Shown: positions 26,497 through 39,420 of the stretch, in pieces
Numbering within the stretch: position 1 is the first letter of the stretch
How the letters are laid out: each line of letters begins with the position of its first letter
The notes under the pieces: model-generated
What the model saw: only the letters and a program-made list of their open reading frames with translations
The model's database searches: none
What the model was told of the DNA's origin: nothing
Position numbers and translations under genes: made by a program
Assembly: GCA_030390025.1 (NCBI GenBank)
Contig: CM059430.1
Coordinates: 73,346,001-73,410,000, forward strand
Direction: 5' to 3'
Origin: Squalus acanthias
Taxonomy: Eukaryota
DNA length: 64,000 nt

Positions 26497-27060
26497 CATA
26501 GATTCATAGAGTCATAGAGTTATACAGCACTGAAAGAGGCCTTTCGGCCCAGCGTGTCCGCACCGGCCATCAAGCCCTGTCTATTGTAATCCCATTTCCA
26601 GCACTTGGTCCGTAGCCATGTATGCTATGGCGTTTCAAGTGCTCATCTAAATGCTTTTTGAAAGTTGTGAGGGTTCCTGCCTCTACCGCCCTTTCAGGCA
26701 GTGAGTTCCAGATTCCAACCACCCTCTGGGTGATAAAGTTTTTCCTCAAATCCCCTCTAAACCTCCTGCCCCTTACCTTGAAACTAAGCCCCCTGGTTAT
26801 TGACCCCTCTACTAAGGGGAAAAGTTCCTTTCTATCTATCCTATCCATGGCTCTCATAATTTTGTAAACCTCAATCAGATTCCCTCCCAGCCTTCTCTGC
26901 TCTAAGGAAAACAACCGCAGCCTGTCCAGTCTCTCTTCATAGCTGAAGCGCTGCGGCCCAGGTAACATCCTGGTAAATCTCCTCTGCACCCTCTCCAATG
27001 CAATTACATCCTTCCTATAGTGTGGCGACCAGAACTGCACACGTAGAACTGCGCACGCAT
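26497..27060 (-). mobile_element. CR1 3' fragment 'C' inserted antisense in CR1-A
   Basis: ORF 26570-27130 (VQFWSPHYRKDV...NFITQRVV) and a repeat tail catagagt at 26497. Confidence 0.88.
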
Positions 27061-29148
27061 CCAAGTAGATATAGTGGTTATGAAAAACATATGGAGCCTT
27101 GATCTTTGTTAGCTGTGGCATAGAATACAAGAGCAGGGGGGTTATGCTTCAACTGTATAAAACACTAGTTAGGCCTCAGCTAGAGTACTGCGTGCAGTTG
27201 TGGTTACCACATTACAGGAAATAAGGGATTGCACTAGAGAGAGTACAGGGGTGATTTACAAGGATGTTGCCGGGTGTAGAGAATCTTAGCTATGAAGAAA
27301 GACTGGATAGGCTGGGTTTGTTTTCCTTGGAACAGAGGAGGCTGCGGGGAGACCTTATTGAGGTGTATAAAATTATGAGTGGCATAGATAAAGTGAATAG
27401 AGCGGATCTATTTCCCTTAGCAGAGGCGTCATAAAACAGGGGGTACAGGTTTCAAATAATTGGTGGAAGGTTTACAGGGGATTTGAGGGGCAATTTGTTC
27501 ACCCAAAAGATTGTGGGGGTTTAGAACTCACTCCCTGAAAGGGTGGTGGAGGCAGGGACCCTAACCACATTTAAAAAGTACTTGGATGTGCACGTGGGAC
27601 GCTGTAACCTGCAGGGTTGCGGACCAAGATCTGGGAAGTGGGATTAGGCTGGATAGCTCTTTGTTGACCGTTGCAGACATGATTGTCCGAAATGGCCTCC
27701 TTCCGTGCTGTAACTTTCTATGATTCTATGATTCTAGGTCATGAAGCTTCTTTGGCACTGGAGCCAGGTGGTGGGGGCGAAACTGCTGTCAGTGACGTTC
27801 ACGATGATCTACTCCCACATCATTCTTTCTGGAGAGCCTCCGAGCAGCTGTGGTTAGTGGGCCTGTCTTGCAGTGCTGTGCCACTGAACAAAGCTGGACA
27901 GCTGCATGCAAGACCCAGGGTGGCCTTTCTTTGGCTTGCTGAGCCATTTTTTTACTGCTGAGGCATTATTTTCCATTTTTTTAAATTAGGAACTTAACTC
28001 ACGTTTAACAGCTAAGCATTCATATTTGGGAATTCTTTTTAACGTTAAATATTTGTTTAAAAGCCAGAAACTGTTGAAAACTGCATAGTTTCACTTCATT
28101 TTAATATGTATTGCTTCTGTATGCATGGCCCTTTTAATACTCAGACCCCATGAATGCCCACAATTTCGTGCCATTTCCATAGCCTCACATGCAGAGGCTA
28201 TGGAAAACTGCAATGCCGCTCCTGCACACGAACTTCGCCTCGGATGCCGTCAGTAACGCCACCAGGTTGGCGTTGCGTCGCGTTGCACGGCATGTAAGTG
28301 CTGCGCCTACAATCTCCATTCCCCCAGACGAATTTTGCTCCATTAGTGTTATCAACATTTTCAGCTGCCGTTAACCCCAATTGTTGTTGACACCAGCAAC
28401 TTTACTGGCTAAATCAAGTTTTTCCCCTTACCTCTTTTATCACGCTTTTGGTCATCTGACATAACCTCCCCTAAAATGCTTCCGTGCCATTTTTTGTGAA
28501 GCGCATTGGGGCGTGTTATTATGTTAAAGGCGCTATATGAATATATGTATTGTTCTTTTGTTGTTGTTGCTGTTGATTCCAATGTTATTTTGTTTGCTGT
28601 TGTGAGAGTTAAGTTGAGGTGTGTATCTGTTGTATATTGAAATGGGTTATTCCATACATGTAATTAGTTGTTACGGTATTTCATATTTTTCCGATTCTAT
28701 ATTTTTCAAAACACAGCATAGGTCGTTTTTTCTGATGAAATGCTTAGAGTTCATTTACTTCGAACTGCAATGTTCCGGTAATTATCAATTATCGTCGATG
28801 TGGTTTAACTTTTAACGTCACTTTCGCTACAAGATAATTTTCAACGCCCAAACAGTAGCAGTCCAACAGCTTTTGATTTCCGTTGTAATAATTTTGAAAT
28901 ATAAAAGTGACGAACTTCAATTATATTTTGGTAACATGGATCCAACCACTATCAGTTCGTCTTTCCATTATTTTGATAAAATGTAGGGTGATAGGAAGGT
29001 ATTTAAATGATTTGGGAGGTGGTGTTGGCTTCAAAAGCTCAACGTTTTGAATAGCAGACCCGGATCACCATTATTGTCAAGGAAACATGCTGAATGTGAT
29101 TAATAAAGTGTTAAAAGGGTACACCTGAATGTAAAAGTAATAAAACTT

Positions 29149-30790
29149 AGGCCGCGATCTTGCCGACTGAATTGGGACCGGGACGGGAGAGGTCTTTGTC
29201 AGGCTACGAGCCCGCTGCCGTCGCGCCTAGAAAAAAGATTTCCCATTAATGGGCATTATTAAGCCCGCCCTTCGATTACCCGTCCCTATTACAAGGTGCG
29301 GATCAGGTAACATTACATTAGAATGAGGGTGAGTGTGACGGGTGCATAGCAAGATTGTGATTCAATAATATAGATAGCTACAGAGGGATGGGTGAAGGTC
29401 GAAGTGATGTTGCATCAAGTTGTGATATGCAGGAGTATGGTTGGGAATGCTGAGTGAAGGGGAAGTGATAACAGCACAGCAGCATAAAGGTTAGTGTGGC
29501 TTTATACTCACTTTTCCAGATCGTAGAAAATCATGAAAACGCTTGCGGCACTGAACGCAGATCCTCACACGTCCTACCTGCCTGTTACCTCCTCAGATAT
29601 TTGCAGCCAGGCTGCCTTGGTATCCTGGGGAGGTCTCTTCCGCCCATTGACAGGGAAGAGTACCTCCCTGCGTAATCAGACACCCTCCACAAGAACATGG
29701 AGGGTGGCATCACTGAAGCGAGTAGCAGCCCTCTGCTTTTCTGAGTTCATTTTTGAAGCAGAGCAAGGTATATCTGGAATACACGCTTCAAATGGTGCAA
29801 ATGAAATTAAGTGGAGCCCCAGATGCCTCCACGGACAGCGATGGCCGAGTCTGCCACTGCACAATCGCAGGAGGTGCAAACTTTGTGGGGCCCACACAGG
29901 CTCCAAAACCCTGAGAACAACCGCCAAAGGCATCTAACCAGATGCAGAAGTCTGCCTTTACCTCCGCTGTAGCCATGTGGTTGCACCACGGAGAAGCACT
30001 CGGAAAAGTAAGATGACACACCAAGAGTCACAAGGGTAGTTACTTGGGTGTTTCTTTCAATGTTAATGATAAGTTTCTGTTAATTTTATTGTTGGAATAA
30101 ATCTTAAATTCGTTCAAATACTGTTCCTTCGCAAATGTGTGTTGACACTTGGAAGTGGCAGAGTGGATGGTCAGTGATACTTTAATCTCCAGCAATGGTG
30201 TGGAGATTGATAAGGTAGGACTGGCCATTGTAGGGATGGTTAATGGTGTTGATGTGGGTTGATGCCTTTTTGCCAACACATGTGGCAGGCATTTGTCGGC
30301 GTAGCGTGAACTTAGCTAAATCTGGCCATGATGAAGTGATTCCTGGCCTCACGGGCAGCAATGTGTTCGTATACTGGTGGCATTGGTAGCGCTGGCTGAT
30401 CTAGGTCTTCCTCATCGTCGTCCTCAAACTCCTCCTCCTCCTCCTCCTCTGAAAAGAATGTGAGCTCTGCGCCTTCTTCCTCATGCAGTGCTAAGCCTCG
30501 CTGCTGGGCTATGTTGTGCAGGACGCAGCAGACCACAACGATTCTGGAGACCCTGGCTGGTGCGTAATGCAGGGCTGCTCTATATCTGTCCAGGCATCTG
30601 AAGTACATTTTAAGCAACCCAATCGTCTGCTCAATGACACTTCTGGTGGAGATCAGGCTTTGATTGTAATGTTCCTCAGCCTCGTTTGTTGTCCCCCTCA
30701 AAAGTGTCATGAGCCACGTCTTTAATAGATAGCCCTTGTCTCCAAGCAGCCAGCCTGAAAGGCTGTATGGAGATATGAAGAGCTGAGGAA
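29149..30790 (-). mobile_element. Rearranged Harbinger remnant: DDE transposase C-terminus (30790-30312) and Myb/SANT N-terminus (~29750-29510)
   Basis: [14 protein letters not shown]...[26 protein letters not shown]...CCVLHN (HARBI1-like), and RFSDATLHVLVEGV..RREVLFP...AW (Myb-like). Confidence 0.85.
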
Positions 30791-31724
30791 CTAAAGGCGG
30801 TGGAGAAAGAAATAGATCTGAGCGTTCTCGCACATGGATCGCTGAAGATTTGCCATCAATGCTGTGCAGTAATAGATTGAACAAATACCGAGCGAGGGTG
30901 TATTTGTGGGAGAAATCACTGTAAGACAAAGCATAGAGTTTTGTCCTTGTACTAGGCCCTGGTAACGACTGATTTAGAATATTGTGTCCAGTTATTTAGT
31001 CCTCGCATGTTGGATAATATTGAGTCTTTCAAAATGCAGAGGAGGTTCACAAGATTAAAATCTAGTTTAACGCATCTTAGTTTCCCAGATAGGCTCAAAG
31101 AGCTGGGACGCTACACTTTAGAGAAACGTAGACTTAGAGTTGATTTGATTTAGAATTATTAGATGACGAAGGTACATGGACCGTATTTTGCGATCCCCAC
31201 GGGTGCGTACGAGTGGCGGGCACGCCCGTCGAAGCCGCGCAAGTGCCGGGTTTAGGCATGCAAAGCGCATGCGCTGTAACTCGAAACTTGCGATCTGTCA
31301 AGAATCATCTTGAGAGATCCTTCGCATGCGCAGGAGAGGTAGCATTGCCGGCTCTGACTTGCGAGAATTTGTCAGCTACTGGATTGCAGCTACGTATGAA
31401 ACAGCTGCGACAGATAAACGCAGGCGTACAGCCTCAATTCTATACGAAGACGCAGCAGGAAGAAGACATGGCAAGCAAGGGGCTGAGAAGTAGGACTATT
31501 TTAGCTGTGAATGTGTAAAAAGTTCTTTGTACAAAGCCTGATGTAAGTTTAAAACAACTTTAATTTGTTAAGTAATGAATTGGATTTGGATCTTGTTTTG
31601 AGTAGTGTAGGTAATTTAAATAGGTACTCTCGATGTGGGCAAGGTAAGCATTCTATTGAATTAGATTTCATTTTCTTAAATTTGAAAATGACTGTTTAAA
31701 AATTATTTATTTCACATTTACTAA

Positions 31725-34700
31725 TGCTAATGGAGGGGGACTTGGAGGTGGTGGTGTTCCCATGCGCCTGCTGCTCTTGTCCTTCTAAGTGGAAGAGGTC
31801 ACGGGTATGGGAGGTGCTGCTGAAGAAGCCCTGTCGTGTTGCTGCAGTGCATCTTGTAGATGGAAAACACTGCAACCACGGTCGGCCTGTGGTAAAGGGA
31901 GTGAATGTTTAAGGTGGTGGATGGGTTGCCAGTCAAGCGGTCTGCTTTGTCCTGGATGCTGTCGAGGTTCTTGAGTGTTGTTGGAGCTGCACTCATCCCG
32001 GCAATTGTAGAGTATTCCACCACTCTCTTTACTTGTGCCTTATAGATGCTGGAAAGGCTTTGGGAAGTCAGGCGGTGAGACACTCGCCGCAGAATACATA
32101 GCCTCTTACCTGCTCTTGTTGCCACAGTATTTATCTGGCTGGTCCAATAGTCAATTTTGACTCCCCAGGATGTTGATGGTGGGGGATTCGTCGATGGTAA
32201 TACCGTTGAATGTCAAGGGGAGGTGGTTAGACTCTCGCTTGTTGGAGATAGTCATTGCCTGGCACTTCTGTGGCGCGAATGTTACCTGCCAATTATCAGC
32301 CCAAGACTGATCGTCCTCCAAGTCCTGTTGCATGCGGTCATGGGCTGCTTCATTATTTGAGGAGTTGTGAATGGCGCTGAACACTGTGCAGTCATCAGAG
32401 AACATCCCCATTTCTGAGCTTATTTTGGAGGGAAGGTCATTGATGAAGCAGCTGAAGATAGCTTGGCCTAGGACACTGCCCTGAGGAACACCTGCAGCAA
32501 TGTCCTGGGGCTCTGATGACTGATCTCCAAACACCACAACTATCTTCCTTTGTGCTAGCTAAGGCTCCAGCCAATGTAGCGTTTCCCCTCCCCCGATTGC
32601 TGTTGACTTCAGTTTTACAAGGGCTCCTTCATGCCACACTCGGTCAAATGCTGCCTTGATTTCACGTGCATTCAATCTCACCCCACCTCTGGTATTCAGC
32701 TCCTTTGTCCATGTTTGGACCAAGGCTGTAATGAGGTCGGGCGCCGAGTGTTCTTTGCGGAACCAAAACTGGGCATCCGGAAGTAGGTTATAACTAAGTA
32801 AGAGCCGCTTGATAGCACATTCGATTAAACCTTCCAGCACTTAGGTGATGATTGCGAGTTGACTGATTAGGCAGTAATTGGCCAGGTTGGATTTGTCCTG
32901 CTTTTTGTGGACAGGACATAGCTGGGCAGTTATTCCACGTTGTCAGTTAGGTGCCAGTGTTGTAGCTGTACTGGAACAGCTTGGGTAGAGGCGCGGCTAG
33001 TTGTGAAGCACAAGTCTTCAGCACGATAGCCGGGATGTTATCGAAGCGCAGTGGGCCAGAAATTCGGGTCGGAGGCTTCCCGCGGGCTCAAGCCCCCTAC
33101 CTGCACTTACATAGCGCGCCTGCCGTTGTGCTGTGGGCATGCGTGGGATCCCGATCATGGGCCTCCTCCAGCTGCCTGTGTACAGTGCTCGCATATCCCA
33201 GGGGCGCAACTATTTTCCAGGGTCCCCTGGGATCACGTGGGCCATGGGGAGCCAATCGGAGCAGGGAATCTCCATTCATAGATTTGACAGGAAGACCTGT
33301 CAAATCTATGATAGAGATCGGCCCCAAAACCTAAGTAAAACTTCAAATACATTTTAAAAAACATCACATTTTTAAAATAACTATAAATTATATAAATCAT
33401 CTATTTTTTAAAAAAAATTAAATTTTTGAAAAAATTAATAAAATGTTTTAAATGGGGTAAAACTAAACTTATCTTTCTTTAAAGTATTTAAAAATGATAA
33501 ACTTTTTGAAAAAATGTTTCAATTTTTCTTAATTCACCTCTTACCTTGTTAAAAGCAGGCCTTGCCCCTGCTTTTTCCACGCACAGCTGCTAGGGACTTA
33601 CCCGGACGGAGAAACCTGTAAAAAAGCGGAAGTTCGATGCGTACGTGCTGCCTCTCAGGCGCACGCGGTTGACCTGCGAACCCCTTCCTTCAAGAGAACG
33701 GAAGTTCCGGTTTCCAGTGCATGCGTGAAACTGGCACTTCCGTTTGCCCTAAGTGTGAGTACAGAGCACGTACTCACCCATAGGGAACGGCATTTCAGGG
33801 CCAATGTCTTTGCTGTATCCTATGCGCTATGCCATTTCTTGATATAACGTGGATTGAATCGAATGTCTGAAGACTGGCTTCTGCGGTGTTGGGGATCTCA
33901 GGAGTAGGCCGATATGCATGTAGTCCTGTGTTGCTGCTTCCCCAGTTTTGCACCACACTTTTAGATCCGCCTGGTGATGCTCCTGGCATGCTATTCTACA
34001 CTCCTTGTTGAACCAGGGTTGGTCCCCTGGCTTGATGGCAAAGCTAGAGTGAGGGAAATGCCAGGTCATGAGGTTACAGATTATGGTGGAATACAATTCT
34101 GCTGCTGCCCCTCAGCGCCTCATGAAGGCCCAGTTTTGAGCTGCCAAATCTGTTCTGAATCTATCCCATTTAGTACGGTGGTAGTGCCTCACAACACGAT
34201 GGAGTGTGTCCTCACTGTGAAGACGGGACTTCCTCTCCAGAATGGTTCAACAAGGATTGTAGAATAGCATGCCAGGAGCAACACCAGGCGTCACTGCTAC
34301 TAATACTGTCATGGACAGATTCATCTATGATAGGTAAGGACGTTTTCCCCTCGTGTTGATTTTCTCACCACCTGTCAGTTATGTTCTTCAGGACACGGCC
34401 GTCTCGGTCAGTAGTTGTTCTACGGAGCCACCTTTGGAATTATGAAGTCCCCCACCCAGAGGACATTCTGTACCCTTGCTACTCTCAGTCCTTCTTCCAA
34501 GTGGTGTTCATGGAGGAGTACTGATCGATCAGCTGAGGTTGGGCGGTAGGTGGTAATCAGCAGGAGGGTTTCTTGTCAATTCTTGACCTGAAGCCATGGG
34601 GTCGGGAGTCAATGTTGAGAGTTCCAGGACCACTCCTTCCCGACTGTTTACCAATATGCCACGACCCCTGGTGGGTCTGTCCTGCCAGCGGGACAGGAAA

Positions 34701-35229
34701 CACCCAGGGATTGTGATGGAGGAGTTTTGGACATTGACTGAATGGTATGATTCTGTGAGTATGATTATATCAGGCTGTGGCTTGACTAGTCTGTGGTACA
34801 GCTCTCCCAATTTTTGCACAAGCCGTCAGCGGTTGGTGAGCAGGACGTTGCAGGGTTGACTGTGCCGGTGCCGCGGTCGATCCACTTTCATTCTTTTTAG
34901 TAACAATTTTGTTATAACTGATTGGCTTGCTAGGCCATTCCAGAGGAAAGTTATGAATCAACCATATTGCTGTGGGTCTGGTATCAAATAGAGGCCAGAC
35001 CAGGATAAGGACAGCAGATTTCCTTCCCTAATTGACATTAATGTACCAGATGTGTTTTTTTACGACAATCCAATAGTTCCATGACATTAGTAATTATTCC
35101 AGATTTATTTAGTTAACTGAATTGAAATTCCCCAGCTACCGTGGAGCGATTTGAATTCAGCTCGCTGAACCATTAGTTTAGGCCTTTGGATTAATAGCCC
35201 AGTGACATTACCACTACGCTACCGTTCCC
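31725..35229 (-). mobile_element. tRNA-headed CR1-group LINE with LF-SINE-like 5' region, copy 1
   Basis: Head GGGAACGGTAGCGTAGTGG at 35229, then the SINE body, APE (KLGEL..PDIIILTES) and RT ([23 protein letters not shown]). Confidence 0.85.
33052..33803. mobile_element. Harbinger-derived MITE copy B
   Basis: TGGGCCAGAAAT ... ATTTCAGGGCCA, same internal layout as copy A, interrupts the LINE. Confidence 0.82.
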
Positions 35230-35235
35230 TTCGTA

Positions 35236-35850
35236 ATTGGGACCGTCGATGGAACCCATGAAGGCACCAATTGATACACCTGACATACATCAACAGGAAC
35301 CGCTATCATTCATTAAATGTTATGATAATCTCTGATGCACAAATCAGGATCCTAAATGTGAAATGCAGATCACCGGGGAAGTGCTCATGACTCCTTCATC
35401 CTCCGATATTCGGATTATATGGCGCCCTCACCACATTGCCTGCAGTATCTGCATGGATATTGGGCGACAAGGGCTACCTGCTAAATCCGCGGCTGATGAG
35501 ACCTTACCGCAGGACCAAATAATGAGGCTCAGGAGAGATACAACCGGGTACACGTGTCCACGTGGCAAGTGGTGGAGAGGACAAACGGGGTTTTGAAATC
35601 ACGCTTTTGTTGCCTCGACAGGTCATGGGGGTCTCCTCTGAAAATGTAAAGGATTGTGGTGGCCTGTTGATCTTTGCACAACTTTTCCCTGCGGGAAGAA
35701 CTGACCCTTAACCTTGCAGAGAAGCTCCCTCCTTAAATGGTGGACATGGATGATGCCAATGTGCCTGTGGCCAGGCCTGATGGAGATTAGCCAAGTGCTG
35801 CTGAAAGCAATGCTGTGAGGGAACAGCTCGTGGCCAACACGTTTATGAGG
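35236..35850 (+). pseudogene. Harbinger DDE transposase pseudogene
   Basis: GTVDGTH, YINRNRYHSLNV, SAHDSFILR, WILGDKGY, AQERYNRVH...VERTNGVLKSRFCCLD, with frameshifts between blocks. Confidence 0.88.
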
Positions 35851-37757
35851 TGATGGTAGTGTCGCCTTGTACCTCCCCCTCCCCCAGAAAGGCACATAAA
35901 TAAACCCACACAACTTAAAGCGAAACAGTGAACATTTATTGCAGCATCAAAGGCTTTTGATGTACTTTTTTGATGATTTTCGTCTTCAAATAAAAATTGT
36001 TAGCTAGCTATTTTCTATTTTGTTAACATTTGCAAAGATAAATTAGCTGATAACAAAATGTAAACCGTTTAAACTGACATTTTGGGTATCTTAGTGCATT
36101 AAAGACATTCAACAATTAAACTAGCTATTTTGTACTTTTAATGCAGTTCTAACGTTCAATTAATTGTTAATAGAAAACGTTGAAATGTTTTTAAAGTGAT
36201 TACAGGCTATACATATGAAACGAAATGGTTCAATACACACTCAGTCAAAAAATACAATTCAAGAAATAACACAACACTAACATTTAAATAATTGCAAACA
36301 TTAAAGAAATGACAGGTATGCCCCCTTGTATCTGTGCCTGAGTGTCGAAGGACGTGAATTGTGCAAAAGCTGGAATCCTACTATCTCCTGCGCTTTCCCT
36401 TACCACGTGACCGGAGCCCACTCATGCAAATTAAAATACCCCTGTGAAGCATTTCTTGCCATTCAGCAATTGGCTCGTGACAGGGTTGCTTCTGCTGCTG
36501 CTGCTAAAATGAACATTTGCTTCCAACATAATTGGCGGAGCTGCTGCCTCGAGGGTCTGCACTGTTTCTGTGCTGGGAGCAGGCAAGGGTGATTCTGCGG
36601 GAGTCAATTAATTACAGCAGAACCTGCGGTCTTTAACTACAACAGTTGAACAAGACACACGTTCATCTGATTAAGTGCCAGATTAACATTGGCGAGTTCT
36701 TTACCAAATATGTCCAACTTATCGCATATGTTGCTCCCCATTACATCAATCCCCTGCCTGATAGAGGCAAGAGAGTGAAGTTTCTTCGCATGAAGAGTAA
36801 CCATATCTTGGCTCACACTTCAAACTGTTGCACCTGAATTTCTATGGCATTTTGTTACGTTACACGTCTTGCTGCTTCTGCTACCTGTTCTGCCATATCA
36901 GGTTGGTGTCTGGCTGTGGAACGACAGTCATCTGTGCCTGGCACAGAGCCAGAGTGGCCAGGAGATGGAGAGGTGGTGTGCAGCCACCCAGGGTCGATAC
37001 CCTCCCCTTCCACTGAGCTGAAACTCCACAAATTCCTCCACCTCCACTTCCCTTACTGTTCGGACTGCATCCCTAACCGTTCCCAATGCCCACTGCAGCT
37101 GCAGACACAATGCACTGTTCATCCCGTGCGTGAGAAGACATCTTCCACCTATGGGAAGGAAACAGCAAACATTTACAAAAGTGAAACACGATCTGCCACA
37201 TCACAGAAGCTGATATTCAACGCACACCTGTTTTAAACATACAGCTGGACAGACCAACTCACCTTTCCCTACCCAAATGTGTAATTGGGCACCAGGCACT
37301 GAACTGCCACGACTGATTCCAAACAAGTGCGTGACCCTTTCCTCTTGCTCCAATAACGCCAAAAGAGTGGCAGCACTACCATCTGTTAGCGCACGCTCTC
37401 TAGTGCTCCGTGCCATTATACTCTAAATTGAAAACAGAAATGAAAATGAAACTTTTGTTTTTCATGCAGGGACCACCCACCCACCCACCTACTTTGGTAA
37501 CAAGACTAGATGCTACTTTGGAGACAGGGTAATGTTCACCAATTGAAATTTCATGCCTCAAATCTGTGGAGTACAGATAAGATGTAACAAGCACAATGGA
37601 TGACCCTGACTGGCTGCAAAGCAATTACATTTTACGACTAGCTCAGATGTTTGGATAATGAAGTCACTTTAACAGCCATGCAAATAAATATGTTTTATAA
37701 TAGTTAAGTTAAATTATAACACATTTTACCATAGACATTCCTAATAAATGTACAAAC

Positions 37758-37990
37758 CTTGGCAGATAGCATCAAATCATTCAATTTTTTGCGCCATTGT
37801 TCTACTGTCCATGGAATGGTGGATTTGATGCTTACAGCTGCCATAACTTCTGTCCAAGAAGTCATTTGTCATTTGTGCGGTGCCCTGGAATTCTCAATCC
37901 CAATTAACCACAGGTGCTTCCCCTCAACCTCATTGAGGAGTGTGTTAATTTCATTGTCAGTGAAATTTGAGCTCTCTTCATCAGCACAAC
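37758..37990 (-). pseudogene. Harbinger Myb/SANT DNA-binding protein exon (pseudogene)
   Basis: SNFTDNEINTLLNEVEGKH..L.G...*..SWTEVMAAVS....WTVEQWRKKLNDL, ending at AAG|gtttgt. Confidence 0.75.
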
Positions 37991-38483
37991 TGTGCTTGCT
38001 CCTTTCAATTCACTTTGCTGTATAATTAAAATTAATGAAAATTATTTCAAGACTTTAAATTTCTTTAAATTGCTTTAAATCTCTTTAAAGTCTTTAAAAT
38101 TGTTTGAAATTCTTCAAAGCTATGAAAAAGTCTTTAAAATTTTCCAAAATTGTACAAAAGTTTTTTAAAAATTATAAAGAAAGAACTTACCATTGAGTTA
38201 ACAGCTACTTTCATTGGTGCTCAGTTCTGAAGAAGTAAGAAAAATCGGGGCGTGGCCTATGCAAATATATATTTTGACATCTCTTGTGGACGGGTCTCCC
38301 CAACGAACGAAGCCCGAGGCTCCGCGCATGCTGCCCTCCTGGGCTATGTCACGTCATACGCAGCCCAGGAGTCCACAGGATGAAAGCTCAATTCTCCGTG
38401 GGCGCAGAGCCTGCAGGTCCATGCGGATCATTTTTTGCTGGTCAGAGGCTTCCGTCTATGGGAAGCCTCCAATTGTAATTTTA

Positions 38484-39420
38484 GGGCACAATTTTGCGAC
38501 CCCTACGAGTGCGTATGAGGTGCGCACGTGCCTCTAAGGGCTGCGCAAGTTCCGGGTTTAGACAAGCGAAGCATATGCGCGAAAACCCGGAATTTGCGTT
38601 CAGTCAAGAATTCTCTTGACAAATCATCTGCATTGCTGGGAAAAGGGCCTCCGCGGGTGGATAATTGCACTATTTGCCCAATTTCTGCCCGCGGAATGCT
38701 TGTGAAATTCTGACGCCTGGTAAAAACAGGCGTAAGACTTGCTTTTACCAGAAAATAGATTAAAAAATAGAAAAATAAAATGTTATCACTCATTTATACA
38801 TTACAAACCCTGTTCAATAAGGTAAGTTTATTTTCTGGCCCATTAAAACACGTGGCCCTGAATTTCCAATAGGAGGCTTCCTGCGGGCGGATGCCTCCGA
38901 TAGGAAAAAAATCTACGAACTTTCCTGCTGGTTCCATTGATCTCGAGGGTTGCGATCCTGTGTCACGCCTCTTCGAAATATGCTGAGGCCCAGGTATCCC
39001 AGGAGCGCATGCAGTTCGCAAGTGTCCCTGCGATCACGTGGGCCAGGCAAACCAATGAAAGAAGTTTCATACTTTTGACAGAACCCTACGCACAGAACTG
39101 TCAAAAGTATGAATGGGGTCAAATTTAAAAACACAATAAAACAATAAATATATTAAAAAATACATATTTTAAATTAATTAAAAATACATGCATTTATATA
39201 TTTTAAACAAAAATGTAATTTTTTGAAAAAAATAAGAAAATGTTTTTACGGGCTAAACATAATCTCACAATTTTAAAAGTATTTTTAATTTATAAATCAG
39301 TGATCAAATTTTATTTTTCTATTTTTTTAAACTCTTATGCTGGTAAAAGCCGGCCTTACGCTGGCTTTTACCAGGCAAAATAATTTGACAGGCTTTCAGC
39401 CGGGGAAAGTTGTGCCAAAA
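38484..39420. mobile_element. Two partial MITE copies (38484-38845 reversed; 38852-39420 forward, truncated)
   Basis: Homology to the two halves of copies C and D. Confidence 0.75.

Larger units (their letters stand above)
17873..27737 (+). mobile_element. CR1 LINE 'A' (full ORF2: APE and RT), interrupted at 19731-26113 and 26497-27060
   Basis: APE (ITETWL, GVYYRHP, GDFN) and RT (YMDFSKAFDKV) are present. The frame resumes after 26113 (QGSVLGP...FADDTK) and ends in an (ATTCTATG)n tail at 27716-27737. Confidence 0.9.
16371..28427 (-). mobile_element. Decayed Harbinger-type element (Myb/SANT remnants) hosting nested CR1s
   Basis: Degenerate inverted termini. Myb-like remnant TWLQCQRSF on the minus strand right of 27737, and related remnants at 17000-17870. 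Confidence 0.5.
16040..28575 (+). mobile_element. L2-like LINE 3' end split by a ~12-kb nested insertion (left part 16040-16370, right part 28428-28575)
   Basis: Left part ends ...gcttaaaacc and right part resumes tacctctttt...ggcgctatat...ttgttgttg. Colinear with the uninterrupted copy at 48650-49135. Confidence 0.75.
31177..38488. mobile_element. Decayed autonomous Harbinger transposon (transposase +, Myb/SANT -), interrupted by a LINE at 31725-35229
   Basis: Both ends match the two ends of the MITE family, and it contains convergent transposase and Myb pseudogenes. Confidence 0.7.

Noticed and set aside
30312-30929. Host HARBI1 gene
   Set aside because: Only the C-terminal half is homologous, the N-terminal ~45 aa is unrelated, and it is embedded in transposon debris.
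35150-35229. tRNA genes at SINE/LINE heads (also 39922, 40478, 46469)
   Set aside because: No complete cloverleaf; these are tRNA-derived retroelement heads.
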